Below, in pieces: positions 11,799 to 20,634 of a stretch of DNA of 31,432 nt (positions within the stretch are counted from its first letter, which is position 1; each line of letters opens with the position of its first letter). The DNA is from Candidatus Methylomirabilis sp. (lineage in GTDB: Bacteria > Methylomirabilota > Methylomirabilia > Methylomirabilales > Methylomirabilaceae): NCBI GenBank assembly GCA_041498975.1, contig JBGQJI010000011.1, forward strand, positions 1 through 31,432. The letters are read 5' to 3'. The notes under the pieces were generated by a model, which saw only the letters and a list, made by a program, of their open reading frames with translations, ran no database searches and was not told the origin of the DNA. The position numbers were made by a program, and so were the translations under genes.

Positions 11799-11897
11799 TC
11801 CCGTTCCAACTTTTTCGGATGGACAATGACGCTATGCAGAGGTCGGTTGAGTTACGCACACGTCATCGTGTCGTGAGGCCAAATAGTTGGAACGGGA
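11799..11897. mobile_element. MITE-like 99-bp element with terminal inverted repeats
   Basis: TCCCGTTCCAACT (11799-11811) and AGTTGGAACGGGA (11885-11897) are perfect 13-bp IRs; flanks CTAA and CTGG are each one mismatch from CTAG; inner ATGACG/CGTCAT stem. Confidence 0.6.
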
Positions 11898-11920
11898 CTG
11901 GGCAGTGAAGGAGTTGATGA

Positions 11921-13393
11921 TTGCCAACGACAACCCCGTATGAAGCGGTCATCGGGCTGGAGGTGCACGCCCAGATCCTGACCCGGTCAAAGATCTTCTG
12001 CGGCTGCAGCGCCTCCTTCGGTGCCATGCCGAACAGCCAGACCTGTCCGGTCTGCCTCGGAATGCCGGGAGTCCTCCCGGTCCTGAACAAACGCGTGGTG
12101 GAGTTCGCCATCAAGACCGCGGTCGCGTTGGGGTCCGAGATCGCCGAGTGGTGCCGCTTCGCCAGGAAAAACTACTTCTATCCTGACATGCCGAAAAACT
12201 ACCAGATCTCTCAGTACGAATTGCCGCTGGCCAGGAAGGGGACGATCGAATTCCCCGTGGATGGGGTCACGAAGCTCGTCCGAATCCATCGGGTTCACCT
12301 GGAAGAGGATGTCGGAAAGCTGCTGCACGCCGGCGCCTTTCAGGCTGCAGACTACAGCCTCGTGGATTTCAACCGGAGCGGCGTCCCGCTGATGGAGATC
12401 GTGAGCGAGCCTGACATCCGAAGCCCTGAGGAGGCTGCCGAATACCTCCGTCAGCTCAGGGCGATCGTGGTCTACCTTGAGGTCTGCGACGGGAATATGG
12501 AGGAAGGCAGCCTGCGCTGCGATGCCAACGTCTCGGTGCGACGTGCTGGAACCGAGGAGATGGGCGTCAAGGCCGAGGTCAAGAACATGAACTCCTTCAA
12601 GAATGTTCAAAAGGCCCTGGCCTACGAGATCCAGCGGCAGGTCCGGGTCCTCGAGGAGGGAGGGCGGATCGTCCAGGAGACGCGGCTGTGGGACGCCGAC
12701 CAGGAGCTGACGCTTCCGATGCGGAGCAAAGAGTCCGCGCACGACTACCGCTACTTCCCCGAGCCAGACCTGGTTCCTCTGGCTGTCTCGAAGGAATGGG
12801 TCGATGAGGTCCGTGCGACGCTGCCGGAACTGCCAAGGGAGCGCCGCGCCCGGTTTGTTCGGGAGTACGGCATCCCGGACTACGACGCCGCGGTCCTGAC
12901 CACCTCAAGGCCGCTCGCCGGCTACTACGAGGAGGTGGTCAAGGCCTTCGCCGAGCCCAAGATCGCCAGCAACTGGGTGATGGTGGAGCTGTTGGGGCAG
13001 TTGAACAAAGAGGGCCGGGACATCGCCGAGAGCCCGATCCCGCCGGCAGGACTGGCTGCGCTTCTCAAGCTGCTGAAGAGCGAGACCATCAGCGGCAAGA
13101 TCGCCAAGACGGTTTTCGAGGAGATGTACCGCACCGGGAAGCCGGCAGAGACGATCGTCAGGGAGCAGGGACTGACACAGATTTCCGACCAGGAGGAGTT
13201 GCGTCGGATTGTCGAGGCGGTCCTCGCGGAGCACCCGGGGCCAGTTGCCGACTATCGGAAGGGAAAGGTGCAGAGCTTCACCTTCTTGGTTGGCGCGGTG
13301 ATGAAGGCCAGCCGGGGCAAGGCCAACCCCAAGGCGGTCAATGAGCTGCTCCGTGCCTGCCTGGAGCGAGAGGCGTCGGGGGCAAGCGGATGA
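11921..13393 (+). CDS. gatB: Asp/Glu-tRNA amidotransferase subunit B
   Basis: [51 protein letters not shown] start with AAGGAG. Confidence 0.98.
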   Translation: MPTTTPYEAVIGLEVHAQILTRSKIFCGCSASFGAMPNSQTCPVCLGMPGVLPVLNKRVVEFAIKTAVALGSEIAEWCRFARKNYFYPDMPKNYQISQYELPLARKGTIEFPVDGVTKLVRIHRVHLEEDVGKLLHAGAFQAADYSLVDFNRSGVPLMEIVSEPDIRSPEEAAEYLRQLRAIVVYLEVCDGNMEEGSLRCDANVSVRRAGTEEMGVKAEVKNMNSFKNVQKALAYEIQRQVRVLEEGGRIVQETRLWDADQELTLPMRSKESAHDYRYFPEPDLVPLAVSKEWVDEVRATLPELPRERRARFVREYGIPDYDAAVLTTSRPLAGYYEEVVKAFAEPKIASNWVMVELLGQLNKEGRDIAESPIPPAGLAALLKLLKSETISGKIAKTVFEEMYRTGKPAETIVREQGLTQISDQEELRRIVEAVLAEHPGPVADYRKGKVQSFTFLVGAVMKASRGKANPKAVNELLRACLEREASGASG

Positions 13394-15351
13394 GGAGGTA
13401 TCGGCGGAACCTGTTGCTCGGGTCCCTCCTGGTGCTGGGTGGTCTCGCGGCTGTGTTGCTCATCGTTCCACTTCTCTTGAACACCGAGCGGTATCGAGGG
13501 ATGCTGGCTAGCCGGGCCAGTCGCCTGCTGAACCGAGAGGTGACAGTGCAAAGCTTGCGCGTGCACCTCGTACCTAGGCCCGGCGCGACGGTTCTGGGCC
13601 TGACCGTTGCTGACCGGGCTCCGTGGTCCGGATCGTTTGTCGAGGCGGAGCGTTTCAAGATGACCATGAAGCTGCTCCCCCTCCTCAGAGGCGAGCTGCA
13701 AGTCGCGGAGGTTCGGATAGACCGCCCGCGGATCCGGCTGGCCCGTGGGCGAGATGGCTGGAATCTCGAAGACCTGATCAGGCCGGTTTCGCGGCCCGGG
13801 ACAACTGATACGCGACGTCCCGAGGGGACACAGTCGGTCAGAGGACAGCCTGCTCTGCCGGTCCTGGTGGCGGGGGCGCTGACCATCAGGGATGGCACCC
13901 TCCTCTTCGAGAGCTCGGCACGAGATCGTGGTTCGGCAAGGCTGGAGATCCGGGATCTGAATGTGGATGCCTCGGCACCGCAGCCTCAAAGCCCCATCCG
14001 TCTCCATGTCAGCGGGCGCCTCCCTGGCGAGGAGTCGGGCTTTTTTGACCTTACCGGGAGCGTTCGACCGGAAGAAGGGGATCGCCTGCCGATCGAAGCG
14101 CAGTTGAAGGTGAGAGGCCTGAAGGCCGCACAACTGGCGTCGCACCTCGGCCTCTCAGGCCCCTCTGCAGCGGCGTTCAATGGAACCTTGGATCTGCAGG
14201 GGAAGGCCGTTGGCGAGTGGCCGCGTATCGATGTTCAGGCCGATGTCGATCTGGAGGGTGTGGGCGTGGCGCTGGGAAGGGAGTCCGCCAAGGCGCCGGG
14301 GGAGAAGGCGTGGTTACGGGCGAAGGGACGGTGGGACGGAGAAGTGCTCGACATCCCGGAGGCGAGCCTGCGCTGGAAAGATCAAACCATTACCGGTCGC
14401 ATCAATGTTGCCGACCTCCAGGCGCCCAGGGTCCGCTTCGAGCTGAACAGTCCGGACCTCGCCGCCGAAACCCTGATGGCAATGGGGGCGGTGCTGGGCT
14501 CTGGGACAAATGGCTCTAGTGCACTCCGCGCCCCGCATTTCTCTGAGGACGCCACTCGCCCCCAACGGTCTGCCGGGCTGCAGGTAGAGGGACGAGTCCG
14601 GTCGGGAGCGCTCCACTGGAGTGGGCTGGCTCTGACTCCTGCCGAGGGGGAGATCCGCTATACAGGAGGGCTCCTCACCATCCGCCGGCTGCATGGAGGG
14701 TTCTACGGCGGGAGTTTGTCAGGGGACGCCGCGCTCGACCTACGCGGCCGACTTCCACACACCTCAGTGACAGCGCGATTGGAGGGGGTCCAGACTGAAC
14801 CATTGCTGAAAGCGCTCCATGAGGAGCGGTGGACGCTCCGCGGGATCATGACCTTGGACTCGAAGTTGGAGCTCTCCGGGCAGCCAGGGCCTGGGGCGCT
14901 CACCAGGGCCTCTGGCCAGAGCGAGCTGATCGTCACAGAGGGGCGCCTGACAGGGTATCCGCCCCTGGAACGGCTGTCCCAGACCTTCAGTCCCATCCTG
15001 AAAGGGGTGGGGATCTCCTCCACGCTCAACGAGTTCGATCGTCTCAGCGCCCACTGGACCCTCGATAACGGGGTACTGCGAACGAAGGATCTGCTGCTGC
15101 AGCGCGAGGGGGTCAGGCTCCTCGCCGCCGGGAGCATGACCCTTCAGGATCAGAGCCTGGACTTTGACGTGACGGCCAGGGTCACGAAGGGGACGCTGGA
15201 GGCCAAGGTGAGCGGGACACCGGCCAACCCGGTGGTGACACCCCAGCTCGCCCGCATTGAACAGCGCGTCAAGACGGAGGTGGGCAAGATCATGAAGGGC
15301 GAGAGGGGCGAGGCGCTCGGAAAAGTGCTGAAGGAACTCTTCCCCCGCTAA
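13390..15351 (+). CDS. AsmA family protein
   Basis: N-terminal membrane anchor, LLPLLRGEL...IDRPRIRL...GWN, C-terminal LYGG-like FYGGSLSG and [15 protein letters not shown] beta-taco segments. Confidence 0.82.
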   Translation: MRRYRRNLLLGSLLVLGGLAAVLLIVPLLLNTERYRGMLASRASRLLNREVTVQSLRVHLVPRPGATVLGLTVADRAPWSGSFVEAERFKMTMKLLPLLRGELQVAEVRIDRPRIRLARGRDGWNLEDLIRPVSRPGTTDTRRPEGTQSVRGQPALPVLVAGALTIRDGTLLFESSARDRGSARLEIRDLNVDASAPQPQSPIRLHVSGRLPGEESGFFDLTGSVRPEEGDRLPIEAQLKVRGLKAAQLASHLGLSGPSAAAFNGTLDLQGKAVGEWPRIDVQADVDLEGVGVALGRESAKAPGEKAWLRAKGRWDGEVLDIPEASLRWKDQTITGRINVADLQAPRVRFELNSPDLAAETLMAMGAVLGSGTNGSSALRAPHFSEDATRPQRSAGLQVEGRVRSGALHWSGLALTPAEGEIRYTGGLLTIRRLHGGFYGGSLSGDAALDLRGRLPHTSVTARLEGVQTEPLLKALHEERWTLRGIMTLDSKLELSGQPGPGALTRASGQSELIVTEGRLTGYPPLERLSQTFSPILKGVGISSTLNEFDRLSAHWTLDNGVLRTKDLLLQREGVRLLAAGSMTLQDQSLDFDVTARVTKGTLEAKVSGTPANPVVTPQLARIEQRVKTEVGKIMKGERGEALGKVLKELFPR

Positions 15352-15359
15352 CACGACAG

Positions 15360-16403
15360 ATGCGACTGGCCATCGTCACCCCCTTTTATTTCCCTTCCGT
15401 CCGTGGCAATTCGATCACCGTTCAGCGGATCGAGTCAGGGTTGCGAGACCAGGGCCTCGCGGTCCGAGTCTGGTCCCTAGAGCATGGAACCCCGCCAGAC
15501 GAGAGCCTCCGCGACCTGGAAGAATTCAAACCGGGTCTGGTCCACGGATTCCATGCCACGGCCTCGGGCCGCCTCGTGGTGGACGCCGCGGGACAGTTGG
15601 GCATCCCCTCGATCCTCACTGTCACCGGGACCGATGTCAACAACGATCTCTTCGATCAAGAGCGGAGGGCCGGGGTCATCGACGTCCTCCGGCAGGCCAC
15701 CCGGATCGTGGTTTTCCATGACGTGATGCGGGCGAAGATCGTCGGCGAACTGCCGGAGGTGGAGAGTCGGATACGGGTGATCGGCCAGACTGTCCGGTGC
15801 CCTGAGACTCCGTTCGACTTCCGCGGCCGACTGGGGTTCGGGGCCGATGATCTGATATTCTTCATCCCGGCCGGGGTCCGGCGCGTGAAGAACGTCACCT
15901 TCTGCTTGAAGCCGCTTGAAGCTCTCAAAGCGCGCTATCCACAGATCAAGGCCGTCTTCGTGGGACCCGTGATCGAGGTGGAAGAAGGGGTTCACCTGCA
16001 GGAGGCGGTGAAAGGCCGGCCCTGGGCGTTCTACCTGGGCCCGGTCTCTCACGAGGAAATGTGCGCCATGCTCAAGTCGGTGGATGTGGTGATCAACTCG
16101 TCTCTCTCGGAAGGTGGAATGGCCAATAGCATCCTGGAGGCGATGAGTCGCGGGCGGGCGGTCCTGGTCTCCGACATCGAAGGGAACCGCACGGTGGTGC
16201 GAGACGGGATCGACGGATTCCTCTTCGGGTCGGAGGCAGAGTTCTCCGAAAAGGCCGAACGCCTCATCCGGGACCACAACCTCCGCCACGAGCTGGGAAG
16301 GAAGGGGAAGGAGAAAATCGAGCGGGAGTTCTCCCTGGAAGGAGAGATCCAGGAGTATCTCCAGCTCTACGAGCAAGCACTCGGCGCCGAATCGCGCGGG
16401 TGA
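15360..16403 (+). CDS. GT4 glycosyltransferase, SenB (selenosugar synthase)-like
   Basis: IVTP...GNSITVQR, FHA, TGTD, GQT, RRVKN, SSLSEGG, ILEAM...SDIEGN follow the motif order I recall for SenB and the related GLT1D1-type GTs. GT4 is secure; SenB identity is inferred from motifs plus context. Confidence 0.7.
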   Translation: MRLAIVTPFYFPSVRGNSITVQRIESGLRDQGLAVRVWSLEHGTPPDESLRDLEEFKPGLVHGFHATASGRLVVDAAGQLGIPSILTVTGTDVNNDLFDQERRAGVIDVLRQATRIVVFHDVMRAKIVGELPEVESRIRVIGQTVRCPETPFDFRGRLGFGADDLIFFIPAGVRRVKNVTFCLKPLEALKARYPQIKAVFVGPVIEVEEGVHLQEAVKGRPWAFYLGPVSHEEMCAMLKSVDVVINSSLSEGGMANSILEAMSRGRAVLVSDIEGNRTVVRDGIDGFLFGSEAEFSEKAERLIRDHNLRHELGRKGKEKIEREFSLEGEIQEYLQLYEQALGAESRG

Positions 16404-16416
16404 TGGAAGGCAGATC

Positions 16417-17331
16417 GTGGATCTCCATGTCCTCGAGGTGTTCTGCAGGATCGTCGAATCGGGAAGCTTCTCGAAGGCCGCCGGCGCGGTCTACCTGACC
16501 CAGCCCACGGTGAGTGGCCACGTCAAGAAGCTCGAGGAGGAAGTAGGCGTCAGGCTGCTCGACCGCCTCGGACACCGCGCCACTCCCACCAAGGCCGGCG
16601 AGCTGCTGTATCGCTATGCGAAGCGGATCCTGGCCGTCCGCCAAGAGGCGCAACAGGCCCTCGACGAGTTCAAGGGGGGCCTCAGGGGCGAACTGGTCAT
16701 CGGCGCCAGTAGCATCCCCGGCGGGTACGTGCTGCCGCCCCTGGTCAGCCGGTTCAAGGCGCTGTACCCCGACATCTCCATCGTCCTCCGGGTCTCCTAC
16801 TCGAAGGAGATTCTGGATGCGGTGATCGACGGAGCGTACGAGGTTGGAGCTGTAGGGGCGAAATTCGATGACGCCAGGATCGAGTACCATAAATTCGCCG
16901 AAGACGAGATGGTCCTGGTGGTTCACCCCGGGCATCCATGGGCGGCCAGGGGGAGCGTCAAGCCGAAAGAGCTGCCCACTCAGCCGTGGTTCATCAGAGA
17001 GCGGGGCTCCGGGACGCGCAAGATGATGGAGCAGGCCCTGGAACAGCATAACCTCTCACTGAGCGCCTTCAGGGTGATCGGGGAGATGGGCAATAACGAG
17101 GCGATCCGGCAGGCGGTCAAGGCCGGAGGAGGCGTGGCGATCATCTCGAAGCTAGCCGTCGAGAGCAGCATTAAATGCCGCGAACTGGCGGCCGTCCGCG
17201 TCGCGGGCCTGAAGCTGACCAGGGACTTCTACCTCGTTACCCACCGCCACCGGTCGCGCTCCCCGATCTGCAAAGCCTTTCTCAAATTTCTCGGCATTCT
17301 CACTCCGCATAGCGATTCCCATCATTCGTGA
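16417..17331 (+). CDS. LysR-type regulator, CysL-like/selenium-metabolism-associated subgroup
   Basis: SFSKAA..VYLTQPTVSGHVKKLEEE HTH; IGASSIPGGYVLP; IRERGSGTR; EAIRQAVKAG. Confidence 0.85.
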   Translation: MDLHVLEVFCRIVESGSFSKAAGAVYLTQPTVSGHVKKLEEEVGVRLLDRLGHRATPTKAGELLYRYAKRILAVRQEAQQALDEFKGGLRGELVIGASSIPGGYVLPPLVSRFKALYPDISIVLRVSYSKEILDAVIDGAYEVGAVGAKFDDARIEYHKFAEDEMVLVVHPGHPWAARGSVKPKELPTQPWFIRERGSGTRKMMEQALEQHNLSLSAFRVIGEMGNNEAIRQAVKAGGGVAIISKLAVESSIKCRELAAVRVAGLKLTRDFYLVTHRHRSRSPICKAFLKFLGILTPHSDSHHS

Positions 17332-17387
17332 CCTCGCCAGCCACCCACTGGTGGCGCCTACCCTCCAGTCCCCCTCACCGACGTGCT

Positions 17388-17978
17388 TCACGAGACAGTG
17401 ATCTCGACCGCCCCTGTTCCGAGATCGTACCGAGCCCCGACAATTCTGATCTTCCCTTTTTCTATGAATTCCGCCAGGATCTTCGAACCCATCAATCTCC
17501 TCACAGTCAGTTCGACGTTTGCTTTGACCGCGTTGTCGAGTAGGTCGCCTGGCTGGCCTCTCACCTTCTGGACGGCTGGCTTGATGGCTTTGACCAGCGA
17601 GGTGACTGCGCCATGTGGCTTCGCGCGCTTTTCGACCGCTACTATTGTTGCAGCCACCGCGGCACATGTTTGATGACCAAGCACGATGACCAACGGTATT
17701 CCGAGTTCGTGTACCCCGAATTCGACGCTGTTCAACGATGCGCTGTCTAAGGCATGACCCGCCGTCCGGATCACTAACAAATCACCAATTCCACGGTCAA
17801 AGACGAGTTCCGGCGGTACCCGAGAATCCACGCACCCGAAGACGATGGCGAACGGCTTTTGGCCTTTAGCCACTTCTGCCCGCCGGTCCGCCGTCTGATT
17901 GGGGCGCGCCATCTCTTCGGCGACGTACCGCCGATTGCCTTCCTTCAACTGATGGAGCGCTTGATCAGCGTTTATCAC
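17388..17978 (-). CDS. Beta-class carbonic anhydrase
   Basis: LKEGNRRY, GQKPFA, CVDSRV, GHQTC Zn ligands, YDLGTG. The N-terminal leader may be out of frame (see findings). Confidence 0.93.
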   Translation of the reverse strand: MINADQALHQLKEGNRRYVAEEMARPNQTADRRAEVAKGQKPFAIVFGCVDSRVPPELVFDRGIGDLLVIRTAGHALDSASLNSVEFGVHELGIPLVIVLGHQTCAAVAATIVAVEKRAKPHGAVTSLVKAIKPAVQKVRGQPGDLLDNAVKANVELTVRRLMGSKILAEFIEKGKIRIVGARYDLGTGAVEITVS

Positions 17979-18238
17979 GGCAGCCTCTAGGTCAGTGCTC
18001 CCGGAGCGTTGGGGTTGGCGCGCCAGCCACGAGCGTCGCTCCAGCGGCCGGCACGCCTGCTAGCAACAGACAAGGATAGGAGCGGCGACGCTTTCGGTAA
18101 CGCATCAAATCGAAGTGAAATGGAGCCGGGCATGCGAAAGCCTGAAAGGATTTGGCTGGGGGCCTATAGTGAAAATCCGAACGTCTTAGGAACGAAATCG
18201 CCGCTTTGGGAAAGGCAGCCCGCTTGAATGGAGAGGCC

Positions 18239-18261
18239 GGGTGGACCTATGAGGCCCACCC
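18239..18261 (-). terminator. Hairpin downstream of the small peptide gene
   Basis: Minus-strand RNA GGGUGGGCCU-CAU-AGGUCCACCC forms 10 bp with one G-U pair, complete only on the minus strand; no U tract. Confidence 0.5.
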
Positions 18262-18280
18262 GACTCACAGGCTCAATTAA

Positions 18281-18388
18281 TTAGCCACAGCGGGGCGATT
18301 TCATCGGCCCACAAGAAGATGACGACGGCTTCTTGCTTGACGCCGACTTCTTGACCTCCTTTTTCTTCGAGCCTGATGCTTTGGCCAT
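18281..18388 (-). CDS. 35-aa Lys/Ser-rich peptide with two C-terminal Cys (not in ORF track)
   Basis: MAKASGSKKKEVKKSASSKKPSSSSCGPMKSPRCG*; perfect SD AAGGAGGTG 6 nt before ATG; upstream promoter-like boxes; downstream hairpin. Confidence 0.75.
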   Translation of the reverse strand: MAKASGSKKKEVKKSASSKKPSSSSCGPMKSPRCG

Positions 18389-18421
18389 CTCGCATCACCT
18401 CCTTCCACCTAGATCACTCAC

Positions 18422-18451
18422 AAGTTACTTCGCCGTCGGCCGGAGCGTCAA
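18422..18451 (-). promoter_or_regulatory. Sigma70-like promoter for the small peptide
   Basis: Minus strand TTGACG, 18-nt spacer, TAACTT. Confidence 0.5.
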
Positions 18452-18569
18452 GCTGAAAATAAACACAGTTCAACGAAAATGTCGGAACTTGATCAGGACA
18501 GGGGGAGACCGGGGATAACAGCAAGGGATTCGCCAGTGGTGTCGCCCTAAAGCGCCGGACCCAGGCTTT

Positions 18570-19316
18570 CTATCTTCGCGCGTGTACCTCTGCGGCAAGC
18601 ACCCGCGGGTTCCTCGTCCGGGAATTGCGAGTTCTTCGGAGAATAGTGGCTTCACGAAAACCAACCACCCGAAACTCTTCGAGGAAGGCGCCGCCTTCCT
18701 TGGCTCCAGCAATTCAGGCAAACCAGTTGGCTTCGCTGTCCAGAATCTCTGGAGGGAGGGGTTCGTGCAAGATCAGTTCGGCCGCGTAGACTTCGCCGCC
18801 CTGCCGAACTGCTCGTGCAAGTTCGTGGAAGATTTCGTCCCTTTCTGGGTTCAGGTTAAAGATGCCATTGACCAGGGCCACGTCGATCAAGCCGTCATCA
18901 ATTGGCAGCTTTTCCGCATCTGCCTGATAGAATTCCACGTGGCCAACCCCGACCTCCGCTGCAGACTGACGGGCACGCGCAAGCATGGCTTCGCTGAAGT
19001 CCACGCCGATCACCCTGCCTCTTGGACCAACCCGTTGTGCGGCAATCAAGGAATCGAGGCCAGCTCCGCACCCCAAATCGAGGACGACGGCGCCCACCGG
19101 AATCTCTGCGAAGACGGCCACGTTAGAAACTCCAGAAAAGGCATCTACAGAGACGGGTGGCAATGCAGCGAGGAGATTCTGCGGGTAGCCCAAGCTCTCC
19201 GCCAGAGCACGCCCTACAGGAAATGGATGCGTATCCTGCGGTCTTTCCGCTGCCGCAGAATATGCCCTTCGAACGCCATCACGAAGCCGTGTTTTCTCCA
19301 TCTTCATCCACCCCAT
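18570..19316 (-). CDS. ArsM-like class I SAM-dependent methyltransferase, predicted selenoprotein (UGA at 18714-18716 read as Sec)
   Basis: VLDLGCGAGLD, GRVIGVDFS, ADAEKLP; NWFA-TGA-IAGA aligns to ArsM WxxCIAGA; frame stays open for 47 codons (IAGAKEGGAFLEEFRVVGFREATI...EVHARR) to TAG 18570-18572; SECIS-like hairpin follows. Start could be ATG 19316, 19307 or 19301. Confidence 0.88.
18682..18700 (-). promoter_or_regulatory. Bacterial SECIS-like stem-loop
   Basis: 13 nt after the UGA: AGGAAGGC-GGC-GCCUUCCU, 8-bp perfect stem with G at the start of the apical loop. Confidence 0.75.
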
Positions 19317-19478
19317 GTTCGGAACACGAGCGCGAGGGCATCTGTTGCCAGTCTCTCGGCTTAGCCGGTAGAATACAAATCCGTCAGCATTCTATCGCAT
19401 TAGCAAACTATCCGTCAAATCAATAGATATACTATAACTAATCGGTAAAACAAATATATCTTGTTCTTCAAATGGTCT

Positions 19479-19706
19479 CCCAGTGTTTTGCCGGAGTATG
19501 TCGCTTGCATCCTCTGCTCCTGGGAGATCAACATCCGGGAGGCGGTCATCCTGGGCTACGTCGGCGCCGGGGGACTCGGCCAGCAGATCCAGATTGCCAT
19601 CAGCCTCTTCCTGGAGCACCGGCTGCTCACCCTGATCATGGCGATCTACGTGATCGTGACCCTCGTGGATTACCTCAGTGCCTACCTCCGAAGCCGACTC
19701 GTCTGA
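19479..19706 (+). pseudogene. C-terminal remnant of a PhnE/PtxC-family ABC permease
   Basis: PSVLPEYVACILCSWEINIREAVILGYVGAGGLGQQI...LVDYLSAYLRSRLV*; upstream is AT-rich non-coding DNA with no N-terminal half. Confidence 0.8.
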
Positions 19707-19790
19707 GCGCTCCCCTATCCCCCTCTCGGCCCGAGGTCCAGCGGACCACGCCCTGTTGCGAGGGCACTGTTATAGTTGCAAAAATGGCCC

Positions 19791-19819
19791 TTGACAGTTC
19801 TCACGATCCACCCTAGCAT
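19791..19819 (+). promoter_or_regulatory. Sigma70-type promoter
   Basis: TTGACA (19791-19796), 17-nt spacer, TAGCAT (19814-19819); GGAGG RBS before ATG 19871. Confidence 0.65.
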
Positions 19820-19870
19820 CCTCGTACCCTCAGTGGGTGCCACGACAACCTTCAGCATGGAGGTACAGCC

Positions 19871-20326
19871 ATGAAGCGTTCTATCTCTCTCGTGTTGTTG
19901 CTCGTTCTGTCCAGCATTTCCCTGACGGCGTGGGCCGGCGACAAGGAGGACGTGGCCGCCGCGACAGCGAAGTGGGCGGAAACCTTCGTCAACGATGATC
20001 CTGCACCGATCCTTGCCCTCTATGATCAGGAGGCCGTACTGTGGGGGACGATTTCTCCCACCCGGCGGGATGACCCGGCGGCGATTCGCGACTACTTTGT
20101 GAAGGCGTTCGCAGCCCTGCCCCAGCACAAGGTCACCTTTGGGGATCAGTTAATACGGGTCTACGGCAATACGGCCATCAATACCGGCTATTACACGTTT
20201 TCGTTCGTGAAGGAGGGCCAAGCCAAGACTCTGCCCGCGCGGTACAGTTTCACGTACGTGAATCGCGGTGGGAACTGGATGATCGTCGATCATCACTCCT
20301 CCGCGGTGCCCGCACCCCCCAAGTAG
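19871..20326 (+). CDS. Secreted NTF2-like SgcJ/EcaC (CaMKII association domain) protein, candidate iota-class carbonic anhydrase
   Basis: Signal peptide ending AWA; GTIS, DYF, GYYTF, ARYSFTY and C-terminal DHHSS. Confidence 0.8.
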   Translation: MKRSISLVLLLVLSSISLTAWAGDKEDVAAATAKWAETFVNDDPAPILALYDQEAVLWGTISPTRRDDPAAIRDYFVKAFAALPQHKVTFGDQLIRVYGNTAINTGYYTFSFVKEGQAKTLPARYSFTYVNRGGNWMIVDHHSSAVPAPPK

Positions 20327-20471
20327 ACAGAACAACGCGGGCTGCAAGCAGCCGGCTTGCGGTCGCCGGGACGGGTGAACCGTCCGTACTTGCATCTCAT
20401 GGGTTGCTGAGCGCCTTCGAACGTAGAGTTCTGCACCTTTCGAATATCATCGTGTGCCACCTTCCTCTCGA

Positions 20472-20526
20472 TTCCCCTCTCAACCCGACCTTCTCCCCTC
20501 CGGGGAGAAGGAAGGGATGAGGGGAA
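20472..20526. repeat. Dispersed palindromic repeat, copy 2
   Basis: TTCCCCTC...CCTTCTCCCC-tcc-GGGGAGAAGG...GAGGGGAA nested inverted repeat; core matches 9064-9096. Confidence 0.7.
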
Positions 20527-20634
20527 CCGAGAGGTCGCCGGGCGAATGGGTGGCCGCAAATGTGAATCCGGCTATTCGGCAACGGATGCCCCCGCTTTCG
20601 GTCACTGCAGATGAGTTAGCTGTTCAAGCCAAAG

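Noticed and set aside
17992..17994. TGA ending the leader upstream of the carbonic anhydrase as a second Sec codon
   Set aside because: Readthrough does not join the enzyme frame and meets another TGA within a few codons.
18582..19364. 260-aa plus-strand ORF, and other long antisense ORFs such as 2419-3903, 9751-11118 and 1264-2388
   Set aside because: Shadow ORFs opposite well-supported genes in high-GC DNA, with no recognisable motifs.
20327..20634. Riboswitch upstream of senA
   Set aside because: Small hairpins (GCAAGC/GCTTGC, GGACGG/CCGTCC) and a dispersed repeat are present, but no SAM, cobalamin or other aptamer consensus was recognisable.
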